This document shows, piece after piece, positions 62,191 to 64,000 of a stretch of 64,000 nt of DNA. The notes under the pieces are model-generated. The model did no database searches. It was given only the letters and a program-made list of their open reading frames with translations, and was not told where the DNA came from. The DNA comes from an uncultured Desulfosarcina sp. (GTDB taxonomy: Bacteria > Desulfobacterota > Desulfobacteria > Desulfobacterales > Desulfosarcinaceae). Position numbers and translations under genes: made by a program. The stretch lies in assembly GCA_963674945.2 (NCBI GenBank), contig CAXXWQ010000004.1, positions 32,001-96,000 of the forward strand, written 5' to 3'. Numbering within the stretch: the stretch's first letter is position 1; each line of letters opens with the position of its first letter.

Positions 62191-63603
62191 TTACTTGATA
62201 ATATCGATGGCACGATAAAACGCCGGCAGCAAAGCAACGGAGATAAAGTAGATGGCCACACCGGCCAGCACTCCGCCGCCCAGGCCCCATCCGAACGATG
62301 TTCCCCATCGCACTTCGGCGATGGCCTGTTGCCGGGCCTGGTGGTCCGCTGCGATCTCTTCCGCGGTTTTGGGCACCGCCTTCCACGCCGGCCAGTTGTC
62401 CATGAACCAGTGATGCACCAGCCAGATATCGATCAGCCAGATGGTGGGGATCATGGGAAACTGCTGGGGATGAGAAAAACCCTTCTGGGTCCCTAAGAAA
62501 AGATGGGAGATGCGGTAGTAGAAGATGTAGAGCAGCACGGCCGCCACGATGGTCACGGTGGTGCGGATCAGGACATTGACCGGCATGCTGAACTTTTTGG
62601 GCCAGTTGCCGCAGTAGAAGGTGACGAACAGCGCCGGTACCAGGAAGAACACCGCCATTTCACCCACATGCAGCCAGCGCCAGTCGGGCGCGAAATCCCG
62701 CCGCGTGCCGCGGATGGCCGGCCCGTACGTCAGTTCCTGAACGAAGTAGAGAAAAAAGTGCATGGCAAAGGCGATGGCGATGATTCCGAAAAAGGCAACC
62801 ACCCGGCGGCGCCAGGGTGTGCGGATCATATTGAAGGGAAACCGTTCCCAGATGGTCTCCACCAACCAGACGGTGACCGTACAGCACATGATCCAGGAGA
62901 CGTGGAAGTTTCCTGAAACCGTATCGGCGAATTTTTCCCAGTACGGGGGCGTGATTCCGGTAAAGGCCTGCCAGGGATCGTACAGAATCGCCATGTGTGA
63001 ATGCATGGTCGTAAAATAGACAAGGGTACTCAGGAAAAAGGTCATGATCAACATGCTGAAACCTTTGGCCGGCTGTTTCAGTCCCTGCCAGGGGGCCTCT
63101 TCACAGGCAACCACCCAGGCCGGGCTCAGCCAGGATGCGATGGCGGCGAACATCAAACATGCCAGGGAGGCATATTCGATGGCAAAAAACTCGGTGATGC
63201 CGGGCAGCCGGGTCAGGCGCTCGGGATTGAAATAGGCGAGACCGAAGTTGCCCAGAATGCCTTCGAAAAAGCCTTTGATCAAAATCAGCAGGATACCCAC
63301 CGATACGGCGGTAAGAATGATCCCCTTCACCAGCGGGTGGGTTTCGCGAACCCATTTCTGGCTGAAGGGCCAGTAATTGAAGAGGTAAACCATCCAGATG
63401 AGCACAATCAGCCACCAGCGGGTATACATATAACCCACATAGGGCGTGTACATGCGCATTATCCCCCGGGGATCCTGAAAGATCCACCATGTCAGATAGA
63501 ATACCGCCACGGTCAAGACCAGACTGACCAGGGCCGGAATGGGGCCCTTCCAGCGCTTTTCCAACCGGCGGCTCTCCAGGTAATTCATGGATTGCCCTTC
63601 CAT
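62191..63603 (-). CDS. Polytopic membrane protein of unknown function (possible transporter)
   Basis: Roughly 11-12 hydrophobic segments, recurring (W/F)P(F/W) loop motif; AAGGAG RBS. Confidence 0.7.
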   Translation of the reverse strand: MEGQSMNYLESRRLEKRWKGPIPALVSLVLTVAVFYLTWWIFQDPRGIMRMYTPYVGYMYTRWWLIVLIWMVYLFNYWPFSQKWVRETHPLVKGIILTAVSVGILLILIKGFFEGILGNFGLAYFNPERLTRLPGITEFFAIEYASLACLMFAAIASWLSPAWVVACEEAPWQGLKQPAKGFSMLIMTFFLSTLVYFTTMHSHMAILYDPWQAFTGITPPYWEKFADTVSGNFHVSWIMCCTVTVWLVETIWERFPFNMIRTPWRRRVVAFFGIIAIAFAMHFFLYFVQELTYGPAIRGTRRDFAPDWRWLHVGEMAVFFLVPALFVTFYCGNWPKKFSMPVNVLIRTTVTIVAAVLLYIFYYRISHLFLGTQKGFSHPQQFPMIPTIWLIDIWLVHHWFMDNWPAWKAVPKTAEEIAADHQARQQAIAEVRWGTSFGWGLGGGVLAGVAIYFISVALLPAFYRAIDIIK

Positions 63604-64000
63604 AATGTCACTCCTTTGTTAAACAGTCCTTAGTGTAAGCCAGCAGATAAAATGTTGCCCGATAGAATCGTTGAAACGAGGCCACCTCCTTTCCATCATG
63701 GATTTCCTTGGATCTATATCGACGGTGCGATGGTTTATGGATTTGCGTATCTTTTGATGGTTGATAGAGAGAGCTGAGATGGGTCGGTTACCCGGCTGAA
63801 GGCGTGTGGGCGGATCCTGAAGCGATCTCTCTTTTGGGAGCATTGACCGGCAACAGCCGGGCTTTATGGACCCGAGACGCCTCTTCGCCCTGAAATCGTG
63901 ATATGGGGAAGGTGGTTTGGTACCTTGGGTCTTACACGATGAAATTGTCAGGCGGTCCGTCATCTTTCGGACTCCTGTCCAGGTGCTGCAATGCCTCCAC

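Overview
Window from a probable Desulfobacterota (sulfate-reducer-like) chromosome; the taxon is inferred from gene content only. 0.5-28 kb: TorD-type chaperone, two paralogous MarR regulators flanking a TIM-barrel protein and an O-methyltransferase, EamA exporters, livKHMGF plus putA, an acyltransferase, a secreted AttH/CrtC-like protein, a solo carB, an HD protein and a four-gene class I benzoyl-CoA-reductase-like cluster. 28-31 kb: peroxiredoxin, a fused methyltransferase-corrinoid protein and a truncated reactivation domain. 31-58.7 kb: an accessory S/Se/metalloid-type island with two rhodaneses, a CCG-DedA fusion, an IS1380 and three glycosyltransferases. Its core is a ~16 kb minus-strand operon: double-cubane reductase plus ATPase activator, ABC importer, TonB/ExbBD, a DxDxDG-repeat protein, a Tat-exported molybdopterin oxidoreductase, a TonB-dependent receptor, NapG/NapH-like ferredoxins and a GT-C. 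Main discovery: the TonB-dependent receptor (Cys-UGA) and the ABC binding protein (UGA-Asp-Pro) each carry an in-frame UGA followed by a SECIS-like hairpin at nearly the same spacing, suggesting a two-selenoprotein import pathway feeding low-potential reductases. 59-63.6 kb: membrane protein, Tat metallo-beta-lactamase-fold protein and an extended COG0523 GTPase. All assignments come from motif recognition by eye; no searches were run.
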